Of a stretch of 63,767 nucleotides of DNA, positions 19,181 to 27,952 are shown one piece after another; positions within the stretch are counted from its first letter, which is position 1; the number at the start of each line of letters is the position of its first letter. The notes under the pieces were generated by a model. It made no database searches, was not told the origin of the DNA, and saw nothing but the letters and a program-made list of their open reading frames with translations. Made by a program: the position numbers and the translations under genes. Origin of the DNA: a virus (taxonomy: Duplodnaviria > Caudoviricetes); IMG/VR virus record IMGVR_UViG_3300005713_000005, positions 1-63,767 of that record; one strand, written 5' to 3'.

Positions 19181-20134
19181 TCATTCCTCCACGCCATAGA
19201 CGCCCACGTCTACGCTTCCCGTCAGCAGTGCGGTTCCTTTTTGAACTCGCACCACTTCGTTGATTCCGAACAGCATGCCCTTGGGTCCGAATGACAGCGT
19301 CGGCGGCTGCGTCAGCCCGCCGTTCGTGAGAGTGGTCCCGATCGTCAGATAGTGCCGAGCGTATGTGATCGTGCCGAGCACGCTTCCGAGTAGGTCGATC
19401 GCAACGTTCGCGAGCGCCAACAGCGTTCCACCGCCGGAGACGCGCATTCCATATAGCCGTACTCGCTTGCCGCTTGCTGGCGTCCATATATCCGTCGCGC
19501 TTGTATTCGCCGCGTTGAGGTTCTGCGACTTGAAAACGTTCTCTGGCGTGCTGTTACCAGAGATGGTCGCGTTCACATTGACGGTGCCGGCGATCGAGAC
19601 CGGCTGCGTCGCGGGCCAATTGCCGACGTTGACGGTGCCCGACACCGTCTGATTCGAAGGAAAGTTTCCAACGCTCACCGTGCCGGAGACGGGTTGAGTC
19701 GCAGGGAAATTCGTAATCGATACTTGCTGCGGCGATGCCCAGGAGACGACTTGCGTCGCCGGGAAGTTCGATACCTGAAACGACGTCGGGAAGTTTCCAA
19801 CGTTGAACGAGCTCGGAAAGTTGTCCACGAGCACGTGCGGGATGTTCGTGACGACGACGTTCTGCGAGCTTGGGAAATTACCGACGTTGACGGTGCCGTT
19901 GACCGGCATCACCGCTGGGAAGTTGGTGACTTCCGTCAGTGCTGGGCCGTCTCGGTTCATCGAGTCCGGCCAGTCAATGTGAAAGAGTGCATCGGGCTCA
20001 ACGCCGCGAATGTATGTCCACTGCGACCCCCATGTAATGAACGGCCAGCCACCGCCAGGCACGCGGGTGCCTTCTGGAAGTGTGAAAGGGAGATTCGGCC
20101 AGTCGGCGTACGGCTGGACCTGTTCTTGCGTCAT
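19181..20134 (-). CDS. NFP-repeat fibre-like protein
   Basis: Repeated V(G/S/T)NFPxxQxV units then a beta-rich C-terminal domain. Confidence 0.7.
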   Translation of the reverse strand: MTQEQVQPYADWPNLPFTLPEGTRVPGGGWPFITWGSQWTYIRGVEPDALFHIDWPDSMNRDGPALTEVTNFPAVMPVNGTVNVGNFPSSQNVVVTNIPHVLVDNFPSSFNVGNFPTSFQVSNFPATQVVSWASPQQVSITNFPATQPVSGTVSVGNFPSNQTVSGTVNVGNWPATQPVSIAGTVNVNATISGNSTPENVFKSQNLNAANTSATDIWTPASGKRVRLYGMRVSGGGTLLALANVAIDLLGSVLGTITYARHYLTIGTTLTNGGLTQPPTLSFGPKGMLFGINEVVRVQKGTALLTGSVDVGVYGVEE

Positions 20135-20191
20135 CGCTGCACCCTCTTGCGGACAGAGGGGGTGGGGTGCAGCGAGTTTACGCTTTGGGGA

Positions 20192-20370
20192 TTACTTCGT
20201 CGCGTTCTCGACCGACGCGGATAATTCTTTCTCGCGGCGCCATCGCTCTAGATAGGCGGCATTGGCGATGAGGTTCGAAACTTTGCGAAATTCTTCCAAC
20301 TGGTCATCAGTAGCTGAGGCAAGGTCGTCCCTTGACGGAATCAGTAGCATGATTTCCGTGATGCGATCAT
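20192..20370 (-). CDS. hypothetical protein
   Basis: Short ORF overlapping the upstream stop; start uncertain. Confidence 0.35.
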
Positions 20371-20633
20371 GGATGCTCATTGGCGTGCTCATCGCTTCCC
20401 GGATTCGCGGCGAGTTCGGCGAGAAGCTCATCGGCATATTGCCGGGCCAAGCCGATCTGATTCTCCATGTCGGTGCACATCTGATGCGGGCACGCCAGCA
20501 ATCCCTGGAGCGCCATTGCCGCGAAGTACTCGCGCTTGGTCAGCCCCAGAGATGCGATAGTGACCGGATCGTCAAGTACATCCCGGGATTCAATTAGCGC
20601 TCCAGGAAACGCCGGCTCGTCTGCGTTGCTCAT
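20367..20633 (-). CDS. conserved phage hypothetical protein
   Basis: PAFP...GLTKREYFAAMALQGLLA motif common in phage early regions. Confidence 0.7.
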   Translation of the reverse strand: MSNADEPAFPGALIESRDVLDDPVTIASLGLTKREYFAAMALQGLLACPHQMCTDMENQIGLARQYADELLAELAANPGSDEHANEHP

Positions 20634-20799
20634 ATATCTCCCCTTGCGGTTTCAGTTCGCCAGTACCAGTCGCCGTCGATATAGATTGCTTCGGCGTGTG
20701 GCATGTCATAGGGCCTCTCGTACTCACGCTCAACATGCCACCAAGTTCGGAGCGGCCCGGCCGGCGCTGGCGGCTGTGGGTCCATTCGACGGTAGTGCA

Positions 20800-21042
20800 T
20801 CACCCCTCCCTCGCCGCTGCGATGGCGGCGTCGATCGCTTTGAGAGTTGCCTCGAGCGGGTTGTACATCTTGATAAACATCTTCCACCGCCCCGCGTCCT
20901 GCTCCAGCGATTCGAAACGACTGAGGATCTCGATTATCTCCTCGACCGTCGGCACAAACACGCCCACGAGCGCGACCTTGCCTGCTTTGCGGCGTTTCAA
21001 CTCGGCAATCAACTCTTGAGCCTGCTTCGCCTCCTCGCTCAC
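20800..21042 (-). CDS. hypothetical protein
   Basis: GTG start with GGAG; DAGRW...AIDAAI motif. Confidence 0.5.
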   Translation of the reverse strand: MSEEAKQAQELIAELKRRKAGKVALVGVFVPTVEEIIEILSRFESLEQDAGRWKMFIKMYNPLEATLKAIDAAIAAAREG

Positions 21043-21154
21043 GGCGCTCTCCTGCAGCTGCATCGCTGCCATCCACATGGGCCGCCGGACTTCACCGACG
21101 AGCGCCACACCCAACCGCTGTCGCGGCACATCCAGCAGACCTGGCGACGCAGGC

Positions 21155-22180
21155 TCACGGCGTGGCCTCGCGCAGTGCTGCTCTGATCTCCATCCAAAGT
21201 TTGCCGAGCATGTTCTGCCCGTCGCGATTCGGACCCCATCCCCAAATGTCATCGCGCCAACTGTTCTCGATCAGTTCACGGTCGCCAGTCTGCAGCAGCT
21301 TGCGGCGAACGTATTCATGCTGCTCCACCTTCGCGCGCAAGATCTGGCGCATCACATCGAATTTGATGGCATCCCAGTCTGGCCGGCGCTGATCTCTGTT
21401 TCGCTCAGCGATCTTGAAAGCCTCGTGTGCCGAGGATGCCGCTCGAACCTTGGCTTGCAGATCGGAGATGCCAAGCGGTTCACCACCGACCAGCATCGGA
21501 AATTTCTCGTAATGATAGGCATGCTCTGATGTGTCGAAATCAAGTCCACGCCAGTGGACGCCAAACGATGAGAAGTTCGACAGGTAGTAGTGGTCCTGCT
21601 CGTAGAAGAACACCTGCGATTCGGTATCGAGCTTGAGCGGACCAGTCTCCGCCCTCCCCAGCCGCTCGCGGAGCTGAGTGTTCTCAGCGATCTGCGCCTG
21701 AATGCCAGCGAACGCCTGACGCTCAATCTCGCGAGCCTCATCGTTGCGCTTTGCTGCGAGATCTTTCCACTCCTGCAACTGCTCGCGGAGCTGGTCGCGC
21801 TCTTTGATCACTCGCTCAAATTTGCATTTCGCGACAGTGCCGTCGTGCTCATACACCTGCATGAGTTCCTGCGCCTGCCCTTCGACCTGCTCCCTCAGCT
21901 GCGCGATCTCTTGCTGTTGTTCCTCTTTGTCGGCAATCAGTTCGCCGATGTTCTGCTTGAGTTGCTGGTCGCTCTCCCTCAGCCCCGCGACGAGGCGGTC
22001 GACGGAGTGCAGCCTTCTAACCTCTGCTGCAAGTCGTTTCATTGCAGTCGCGTTTGCAGAGTCGCTGTATTTCAGCGTGTCAGCCCACTGAAGTGATACC
22101 GCGACAGCCGCTGCATCCACCTCCGTCAGCCCCTCCGCCGCGGCGGGTTGTAGTTCCTCCGGCTTGTCTTGTTCGTTCAT
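21155..22180 (-). CDS. NADAR (YbiA-like) protein with N-terminal coiled coil
   Basis: YLSNFS, TSEHAY, RPDWDAIKFDVM, LLQTGDRELIENS...WG...GQNMLGKLWMEIR. Confidence 0.9.
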   Translation of the reverse strand: MNEQDKPEELQPAAAEGLTEVDAAAVAVSLQWADTLKYSDSANATAMKRLAAEVRRLHSVDRLVAGLRESDQQLKQNIGELIADKEEQQQEIAQLREQVEGQAQELMQVYEHDGTVAKCKFERVIKERDQLREQLQEWKDLAAKRNDEAREIERQAFAGIQAQIAENTQLRERLGRAETGPLKLDTESQVFFYEQDHYYLSNFSSFGVHWRGLDFDTSEHAYHYEKFPMLVGGEPLGISDLQAKVRAASSAHEAFKIAERNRDQRRPDWDAIKFDVMRQILRAKVEQHEYVRRKLLQTGDRELIENSWRDDIWGWGPNRDGQNMLGKLWMEIRAALREATP

Positions 22181-22482
22181 GCGAGCAGGATCCTTCGAGA
22201 GTTGATCGCGCAAATGTCATCGCGTCCTTCGACACGGCTGTACCAGCACAGGTACCAGTCAGCAGCATCCAATCTTCTGACGACCCGTCGAGCCCACATC
22301 TTGCCGGGATAGACGCCACTCGGGATAGATGCGCTGTACTCTGAAAGCCTATCCAGAGTTGCGCCTTCCATAACCGCGTGCGTTTCGTCAATCAAAATCT
22401 CTTCGCGCGCTGGTTGCGGCCAGACAGTAAGAGGGCTTTCATAAGGCGACTCTAGCTTTGGCGGATGTTGCTCGATGTTCAT
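22177..22482 (-). CDS. hypothetical protein
   Basis: EYSASIPSGVYPGKMW motif; overlaps neighbours. Confidence 0.6.
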   Translation of the reverse strand: MNIEQHPPKLESPYESPLTVWPQPAREEILIDETHAVMEGATLDRLSEYSASIPSGVYPGKMWARRVVRRLDAADWYLCWYSRVEGRDDICAINSRRILLA

Positions 22483-22682
22483 TCGGAACCTTCCTCGGAC
22501 GCGCAGTGGACAAGATGTCGCATGGCCAGCATCACGACTTTCGGAATATCGTGGGTGCCTGCGCAATAATTCCTGATCATGCGCGGGGTCATCTCAAGAA
22601 CAGCGCCGGCTTCCGAATATGAGAAGCCGCCATCCTCCATCAGCCGCTTAAACTCGGCTGCGTCTTTCTGACGCTTCGTCAT
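22479..22682 (-). CDS. small XRE-like HTH protein
   Basis: SYSEAGAVLEMTPRMIRNYCAG...IP. Confidence 0.7.
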   Translation of the reverse strand: MTKRQKDAAEFKRLMEDGGFSYSEAGAVLEMTPRMIRNYCAGTHDIPKVVMLAMRHLVHCASEEGSE

Positions 22683-22993
22683 AGCCGGTTGCCTAAGTTT
22701 CGTTCGCTCTCAGCGAGACCGTTGAGCTCGTCGTCCTGAATGAAATACGACTGAACTCGCCTGGCGCTCACATATGTGCGCGCGCAGACTCGAGCTTTAT
22801 CGCCAATGGCGCGCATTGACTCTTCGCACCCCGTGCGGCGCTCTGCGTTCGTATAAACGCCGAGGCAGTACTCGTGCTCGGCGACGAGCCTCACGCATTC
22901 CAACTCTGTGGGCTCAGTTGGTATCGACAGCGCAGTGATGCCGAATGCGATCACGATCCCAGCCGCTATCAGAAAAATCTTCGCAGGATGCAT
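22679..22993 (-). CDS. exported/membrane hypothetical protein
   Basis: Hydrophobic N-terminus, 4 Cys; CGAAGGGGAA RBS. Confidence 0.6.
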   Translation of the reverse strand: MHPAKIFLIAAGIVIAFGITALSIPTEPTELECVRLVAEHEYCLGVYTNAERRTGCEESMRAIGDKARVCARTYVSARRVQSYFIQDDELNGLAESERNLGNRL

Positions 22994-23151
22994 TCAAATT
23001 CCCCTTCGCTTCGGAAACCAGACGAATATCCACAGGCCGTTGGCGTTCCAGCCGAACGAGCGAACGTCCTCACCGCGCCGTCGAAGCTTGCGAGCCCGGC
23101 GACTGTAGACGTAGTGCGTGCGCGTGATGGCGCTCTGCTGGTTGCGAGGCT

Positions 23152-23520
23152 TCATAGATAGACGTCAGCGTCGTCGAGATACCGCTTCAGAGCAGCGTCT
23201 CGCTCGCATAGGTCCAACGTCGCGAGGTGCGCGCGGATCTGTGTACCAGCCTCACCGAAGGCATTGCGCATGATCGTCGGCGAGAAGATCAGGGTATCGG
23301 CCGCCGGGATCTCCTGCGGCGGCTGGCCCTCTCCAGGCGTGAATACGAGGTGATGACTGAAGACGACAGTGCCATTCTTACATCCAAGTCCTCGCCGCAT
23401 CAGCCGCTCGTACGTCTCGCGGTTCTCCCAGTTGCGGCGCTTCTCGTCCATGATGAAATCGTAAGGAGCCTTTGCAGGCTTTTCTTTCTTCTGTCCAAAC
23501 TTCGGATACAGCATCACCAT
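23152..23520 (-). CDS. hypothetical protein
   Basis: CGAAGGGGAA motif next to the ATG. Confidence 0.6.
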   Translation of the reverse strand: MVMLYPKFGQKKEKPAKAPYDFIMDEKRRNWENRETYERLMRRGLGCKNGTVVFSHHLVFTPGEGQPPQEIPAADTLIFSPTIMRNAFGEAGTQIRAHLATLDLCERDAALKRYLDDADVYL

Positions 23521-23746
23521 TTCCCCTTCGTTTCCCACCTATCGAGAGGAGTCGCGCCGGAACCTACAGGTCACCCGGCGCGCTCCATACCACTTTGCAA
23601 ATAGATCTCATAGTTCACAGGGTCTCTTTACCCTGCCGGAACACATGCGGTCCGGGCGCTATGTACTAATGGCTGCAAACCTCCTCTGCTGTGTTTATCG
23701 GGGTCTAACGTTCTAACTTAGTGCCTTGTCCAGGGGCGGGCGCGCG

Positions 23747-23914
23747 TTACTTCACACCCAGCGCATATTCCATTCGAGAGATCACGCGCTGACGAGTCGT
23801 GCCGGTGAACTCCACATAGCCACGAGCCGCAGTCGCACGCTGAAAGTTCACGCCGTTGATGTACCCAATCCACCGATGCAGTTTCGTCGGGTCTCTCACA
23901 ATCGTGTAGCGCAT
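23747..23914 (-). CDS. small early protein
   Basis: GAGGG RBS downstream of conserved hairpin. Confidence 0.5.
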   Translation of the reverse strand: MRYTIVRDPTKLHRWIGYINGVNFQRATAARGYVEFTGTTRQRVISRMEYALGVK

Positions 23915-23926
23915 GTAGATTTCCCT

Positions 23927-23966
23927 CACTCCAGCTTGCCCCGCCGCAGCGAGGCAAGGTGCAGTG
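23927..23966 (-). repeat. conserved mismatched hairpin, copy A
   Basis: CACTGCAC-stem-CTGGAGTG with G.G and C.C mismatches. Confidence 0.7.
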
Positions 23967-24146
23967 TTATCGGACCTGAGTCGCCCGGATACGATGGACC
24001 TGTGTAGTCAGCAATGCTCCGCGCATTTTCGCGATGGCTTCGCTTGCGCTATCCGCACGGCAAGCGCCCACCAGTCTGGTGACGGGAAAGCCAGTCGGAG
24101 TCTGGCTTGTCACTCTCGCGACCAAATTGAACCGATACATTTTCAT
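23967..24146 (-). CDS. small early protein
   Basis: GGAG RBS; lies between hairpins A and B. Confidence 0.5.
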   Translation of the reverse strand: MKMYRFNLVARVTSQTPTGFPVTRLVGACRADSASEAIAKMRGALLTTQVHRIRATQVR

Positions 24147-24163
24147 CTCCAGTTTGTTGCCAT

Positions 24164-24204
24164 CACTCCAGCCTGCACCCTCATCGAAGGCGCAGGGTGC
24201 AGTG
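24164..24204 (-). repeat. conserved mismatched hairpin, copy B
   Basis: Same 8-nt arms as copy A with a different, still paired upper stem. Confidence 0.7.
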
Positions 24205-24205
24205 G

Positions 24206-24355
24206 TTAGTGACGAAGCGCGCTGTAGTTGTTGTCGCGATCTTCGAGCCAGCTTTTCAGCGCTTCGGCATCTCGGTAACTGAAGTACACCTGAGATGGAA
24301 CGCGGCCTCGATAGACCATATATCCAGCGATGACCTTGACGATTTCGTATTTCAT
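24206..24355 (-). CDS. small early protein
   Basis: GAGGT RBS; lies between hairpins B and C. Confidence 0.5.
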   Translation of the reverse strand: MKYEIVKVIAGYMVYRGRVPSQVYFSYRDAEALKSWLEDRDNNYSALRH

Positions 24356-24383
24356 CTTCGTGACCTCGGTGGTTGGTGGATGC

Positions 24384-24426
24384 CACTCACGGCTGCGCGC
24401 CTCTCGTGAGGCCGCAGCTATCAGCG
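24384..24426 (-). repeat. mismatched hairpin, copy C (diverged)
   Basis: CGCTGATA...CGTGAGTG; G.G at pair 5 and a mismatch at pair 8 as in A and B. Confidence 0.5.
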
Positions 24427-24429
24427 TCA

Positions 24430-24684
24430 TCAGCGAGTGCGGCCCGTGTCGCTGGCGTTCGACTGGCGCCGCAAGTTGGCTTCCCACTGAGCCGCGGTCA
24501 TCGCCTGCGTGCGAGTCTCGCGACGGATGTGTGAGCCCGTCGGCATGTCACGCCGGATGGTTTCGAGCTCGACGTTCTGGATGCCGCTCATCTGTGAGCG
24601 CTCCGGCTGAGTCGCGCAACCACCGAGGGCCGAAGCGGCCACGGCCATCGCCAGGATGGCAGAAAAAGTCTTTATGGATCGCAT
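24430..24684 (-). CDS. small lipoprotein
   Basis: Signal peptide with lipobox ALGGC; AAGGAG RBS. Confidence 0.7.
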   Translation of the reverse strand: MRSIKTFSAILAMAVAASALGGCATQPERSQMSGIQNVELETIRRDMPTGSHIRRETRTQAMTAAQWEANLRRQSNASDTGRTR

Positions 24685-24719
24685 TTGAAAATCTCCTTCT
24701 GGTCAGTTGAATAGATCAA

Positions 24720-25091
24720 TCATGCTGACAGTCGGATCGCTCCGGTGTCAGGAATCAAACCTAGAATCTGCATGCGTCGATATACGCCGCCGTCTGTGCG
24801 TTCAAGAGCGGTGGCGATGGCTCCAGCGTCCTTACTTTCGGCGAACATCTCGCGGATCGCGTTGTCGTCGCCGGTCGTGAACGGCTGGCAGGCACGGGCC
24901 GGAATGCCGAAGACAGCGCGCTTGACCTCGACACTGTCGACGTAGCCGAAGAACCACCAGCCGATCTCTATGCTGTTCGGCATGTCGCCGTGCACTTCGA
25001 CCTTTCCATCGACGGTGATGCGGTATTTGCGAGCGCCGAAACGCTTGGCGAGATACTCGCGGATCTTCTGTTCTTGCTGCTTGGTGACCAT
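24720..25091 (-). CDS. hypothetical protein with C-terminal HTH-like segment
   Basis: AGGAG RBS; AIATALERTDGGVYRRMQILGL. Confidence 0.6.
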   Translation of the reverse strand: MVTKQQEQKIREYLAKRFGARKYRITVDGKVEVHGDMPNSIEIGWWFFGYVDSVEVKRAVFGIPARACQPFTTGDDNAIREMFAESKDAGAIATALERTDGGVYRRMQILGLIPDTGAIRLSA

Positions 25092-25109
25092 CTGCGCCGC
25101 TCCTGAATC

Positions 25110-25286
25110 TCAAACCGTCTTCACAATCTCAAGGCTGGTGCAGGAGTAGCAGCCAATTCCAGATGCAAGGCGGATCTCAACCATGACTTCATCGCCGTTG
25201 CGAGACCATTCGCAGACTCGGACCACTGTTCCGACATACCCGGACATGGAGACCGTCATTCCGAGTTTGATTTGATCCGCTTTCAT
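25110..25286 (-). CDS. small early protein
   Basis: TAAGGAG RBS just after the promoter. Confidence 0.6.
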   Translation of the reverse strand: MKADQIKLGMTVSMSGYVGTVVRVCEWSRNGDEVMVEIRLASGIGCYSCTSLEIVKTV

Positions 25287-25314
25287 CTGTCGCCACTCCT
25301 TAACCAGTGCGGAC

Positions 25315-25343
25315 AGTATGTGGAAATCATTTCCTATTTGCAA
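25315..25343 (-). promoter_or_regulatory. sigma70 promoter TTGCAA-17-CATACT with palindromic operator GGAAAT-N-ATTTCC
   Basis: AT-rich island; 17-nt spacer; dyad at 25322-25334. Confidence 0.7.
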
Positions 25344-25391
25344 CTATTATTTTCGCTGCGGCGCGTCATTGACCGGTCCATAAGGCGCGGC

Positions 25392-25631
25392 TTATCTGGC
25401 CGCGCCGTTGATCCCATATTTGTGACGCCATTCCCACTGCTCACGGCGAGGCCACTCGGGATGCTGGTCGGGAGTGAGATTCGCCCGCTCCCTTGCCAGT
25501 CGGCGCCATGCGAAAACAGCCCAGCCTTCGCCGTTGCCTGACAACTCCTGCTGCTCAATCAATTCGCACAGGTCGCAGCGGTCGTCGAACTGCTTTCCAT
25601 GTGGGCAGCGTCGTGTTTCGGATATGTCCAT
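25392..25631 (-). CDS. hypothetical Cys/His protein
   Basis: CPH...CDLC; coupled to the ATPase stop. Confidence 0.5.
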   Translation of the reverse strand: MDISETRRCPHGKQFDDRCDLCELIEQQELSGNGEGWAVFAWRRLARERANLTPDQHPEWPRREQWEWRHKYGINGAAR

Positions 25632-27298
25632 CAGAATAGATCCTCGCTTGCTCGAACCTCACCACGCGACGGCTCGCTGACGAGTTGCTTCGCCGAGAGT
25701 CGCTGCAAATATGCGTCACGCGAACTGCGCGCGAAGCCTGTCTCATCATCAAGATCTGCCCGCGCAACCGATCGTGGATACGCTCGGACGAGCACGCGCA
25801 GGATGTCCGCCTCACCTTTGGGCAACTCGCGGAACCAGTGCTCTTGTAGAGCCTTGCCAGTCGGCAACGGCTCAACGTCTGGCAGCGCATCGATACCTTT
25901 GCCAGTCGCCGCCACCGTATCGCCTACGATCTCTACCAGATCCTTTTCGCGAAGCCGCTGGATGTATGCGTCGCGGCTGCTGCGCTTATAGCCAGTGAGC
26001 ACCGTCAATTGCTCGCGGCGGAGACCATGCGGGAATTGAATCAGAGCGGTCAGCGTCGCCGCTTCCCCCTTCGGTAAGGACGACGCGCGCCCGTCAATCT
26101 GCCGTGCACGAGGAAGGCTCGGCGCTGTTCCGGTTCGGCGCTCCGATGGAGCTTCCGCCGGGCGGCGTCCTTCCAGAACTCTGCGTCCCGGGTTCTCCGG
26201 GCGCGCGTCGATTCGTGGCAGATCCTTCGTCATGCGTTCGGCAAGCGCTTCGATCTCGGTGAAGGCGCGACACAGGCCAGCCTGCAATCCTAATTCCATC
26301 CCACGCGCACCAGCTTCCTTGAGTTCTTCTTCCGTCGCCCCCGGCTTAGATTTCTCTGCAAGCTGCCGTTCCAGTTCGCGGATGCGCCGCTTGAGTTCGG
26401 CGGGGTCGTTTGCGGCGACCTGCTCTGCATGGACCTTCAGACGATCGCTGATCGAATCGCGATTGATTGATGCGAGCACCGGTCCTTTGCCGTTGGCCTC
26501 GCCGGTCGGAGCCGCGCTTGAGTCGAAGGTCTTGATCCGCGGAAACTTCACGCGATCCAGTAAGCGGATCTCCGGCGCCCACACCCAAGCTTCGCCAGTT
26601 TTCAGCGTGGCGAGTGACTCGATGATCTCGCGACCTTTGCTGGCGTCGGCATTGTCTTTGATCCACTCCTCGACAGCCTTCCGATCCTGTGGTGCGATCA
26701 GGCGCATCGCGACCAGGGTTTCGACCTGAGTCAGCGCGTCTTTGTGGAGCTTCGCCGGCCGCTGTGTGATGAGTATGATGCGCAGGCCTCGCGATCGACC
26801 GCCGCTTACCAGATGATTTCCCGCGGCCAGCATCATGCCCGACGACGGATCCGGCACCTTCCCCTGCGGCATGAACATGTGCGCCTCGTCGATGATCAGG
26901 TGCAGCGGGCCGCGGTTCTTCCGCATGATCGCGTCCGCGAACTCGGTGAAGAACTTCGTGCGCTCACTGATCCGCATCTGCGAGGTGTCGATGATGGCCG
27001 GCGTGTTGGTCGTGCCGACGATCTCGGCGATTGCCTCGCCGTGCGCCGCTGCCAGCGGAAAGTCTGCGTGCTCACCGCCGAAGATGACGAACGGATAGCC
27101 GGCACTCTTGCCGGTGACGCTCGACTTCATTCCCCACCAAGCGCCGGTGGGATCTATGATGCATGGCCTGGCTGCATCGTCGACGGTGTCCAGGATCAAT
27201 TCGACGGCCCCTTTCGCCGCGGTTGTCTTGCCTGATCCGGTCTTACCGAGTATGGCGATGTGCTGCGCGAGGGCGCTGTCAGGTATTGGAAAAGACAT
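25631..27298 (-). CDS. HerA/FtsK-like (DUF87-type) ATPase with tandem C-terminal winged helices
   Basis: HIAILGKTGSGKT, IIDPTG, LIIDEAH, GRSRG, ITQRPA; two LPKGEA...SSRDAY repeats. Confidence 0.85.
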   Translation of the reverse strand: MSFPIPDSALAQHIAILGKTGSGKTTAAKGAVELILDTVDDAARPCIIDPTGAWWGMKSSVTGKSAGYPFVIFGGEHADFPLAAAHGEAIAEIVGTTNTPAIIDTSQMRISERTKFFTEFADAIMRKNRGPLHLIIDEAHMFMPQGKVPDPSSGMMLAAGNHLVSGGRSRGLRIILITQRPAKLHKDALTQVETLVAMRLIAPQDRKAVEEWIKDNADASKGREIIESLATLKTGEAWVWAPEIRLLDRVKFPRIKTFDSSAAPTGEANGKGPVLASINRDSISDRLKVHAEQVAANDPAELKRRIRELERQLAEKSKPGATEEELKEAGARGMELGLQAGLCRAFTEIEALAERMTKDLPRIDARPENPGRRVLEGRRPAEAPSERRTGTAPSLPRARQIDGRASSLPKGEAATLTALIQFPHGLRREQLTVLTGYKRSSRDAYIQRLREKDLVEIVGDTVAATGKGIDALPDVEPLPTGKALQEHWFRELPKGEADILRVLVRAYPRSVARADLDDETGFARSSRDAYLQRLSAKQLVSEPSRGEVRASEDLF

Positions 27299-27329
27299 TC
27301 AATTCCCCTTCGTTGTTGTTCAAAGAAAT

Positions 27330-27420
27330 CCCGCGCGGTGAGATTCGAACTCACGTCTACCGGCACCGGATAACCTCATAGAGATTTGCTGGCCGCACTT
27401 CCGTCTGTGCTACGCGCGAG
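27330..27420 (-). ncRNA. tRNA-like RNA with expanded, anticodon-less arm and no CCA
   Basis: CTCGCGCG/CGCGCGGG acceptor, D arm GCAC-AGACGGAA-GTGC, T arm GTGAG-TTCGAAT-CTCAC. Confidence 0.75.
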
Positions 27421-27432
27421 GGTACCCGCCGA

Positions 27433-27516
27433 CGGCTGACCTGAGCGGCGGTTGGTCCTTGTGTGAATGTGATGACGAAAGGCCAACCAGGATGTGACCG
27501 CGCAGGCCAGCAGCCG
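27433..27516. other. long interrupted hairpin
   Basis: Nested pairs CGGCTG/CAGCCG, CCTG/CAGG, GCGG/CCGC, GGTTGG/CCAACC, CCTT/AAGG. Confidence 0.55.
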
Positions 27517-27526
27517 ACGAATTCGA

Positions 27527-27952
27527 TCAGGCCGCGAGCTTCTCCAGGATCTTCGGAAGCATGCGGCGCTCGGTGGCGGTGAGACCGCTCATCATCTGGC
27601 GATCGGCATCGGCGATCCGACGCAGGACTTCCGCACGCGCATTGACCCCGTGGGCAGTCAATCGCACCAGAAGTCGCGCGTTTATGCCGGAAGTCGTATT
27701 CGGCATTTCTATGGCCGACACCATGCCCTTTCTCGAAAGCTCTTTGATAGTGCGGCTCATCTGCGCCTTGTCCATGCCCGACTTGGCGACGACGAAGCTG
27801 AAGGCCTGGCGCACCGTGGAGAGTGCCTCGAGCGCGCGAATCTCGCCGACGCGAAGCTCATGCCTGCCATAGGTCACGCGATCGGAGTTTCGAACGCCGC
27901 GCTTCTGTACCCGGCTCAGTGCGGCAGTAAGTTTGCTAGATAGACTGGTCAT
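27527..27952 (-). CDS. MarR family regulator
   Basis: GMDKAQMSRTIKELSRKGMV, VRLTAHG, GLTATERRML..ILEKL. Confidence 0.85.
   Translation of the reverse strand: MTSLSSKLTAALSRVQKRGVRNSDRVTYGRHELRVGEIRALEALSTVRQAFSFVVAKSGMDKAQMSRTIKELSRKGMVSAIEMPNTTSGINARLLVRLTAHGVNARAEVLRRIADADRQMMSGLTATERRMLPKILEKLAA

Noticed and set aside
19590-19930. Repeated GGGAA-containing units as a non-coding array
   Set aside because: Explained by the NFP peptide repeats of 19181-20134
27465-27485. TGATGACGAAA as a hammerhead core
   Set aside because: Lacks the initial C and stem II; it lies in a hairpin loop
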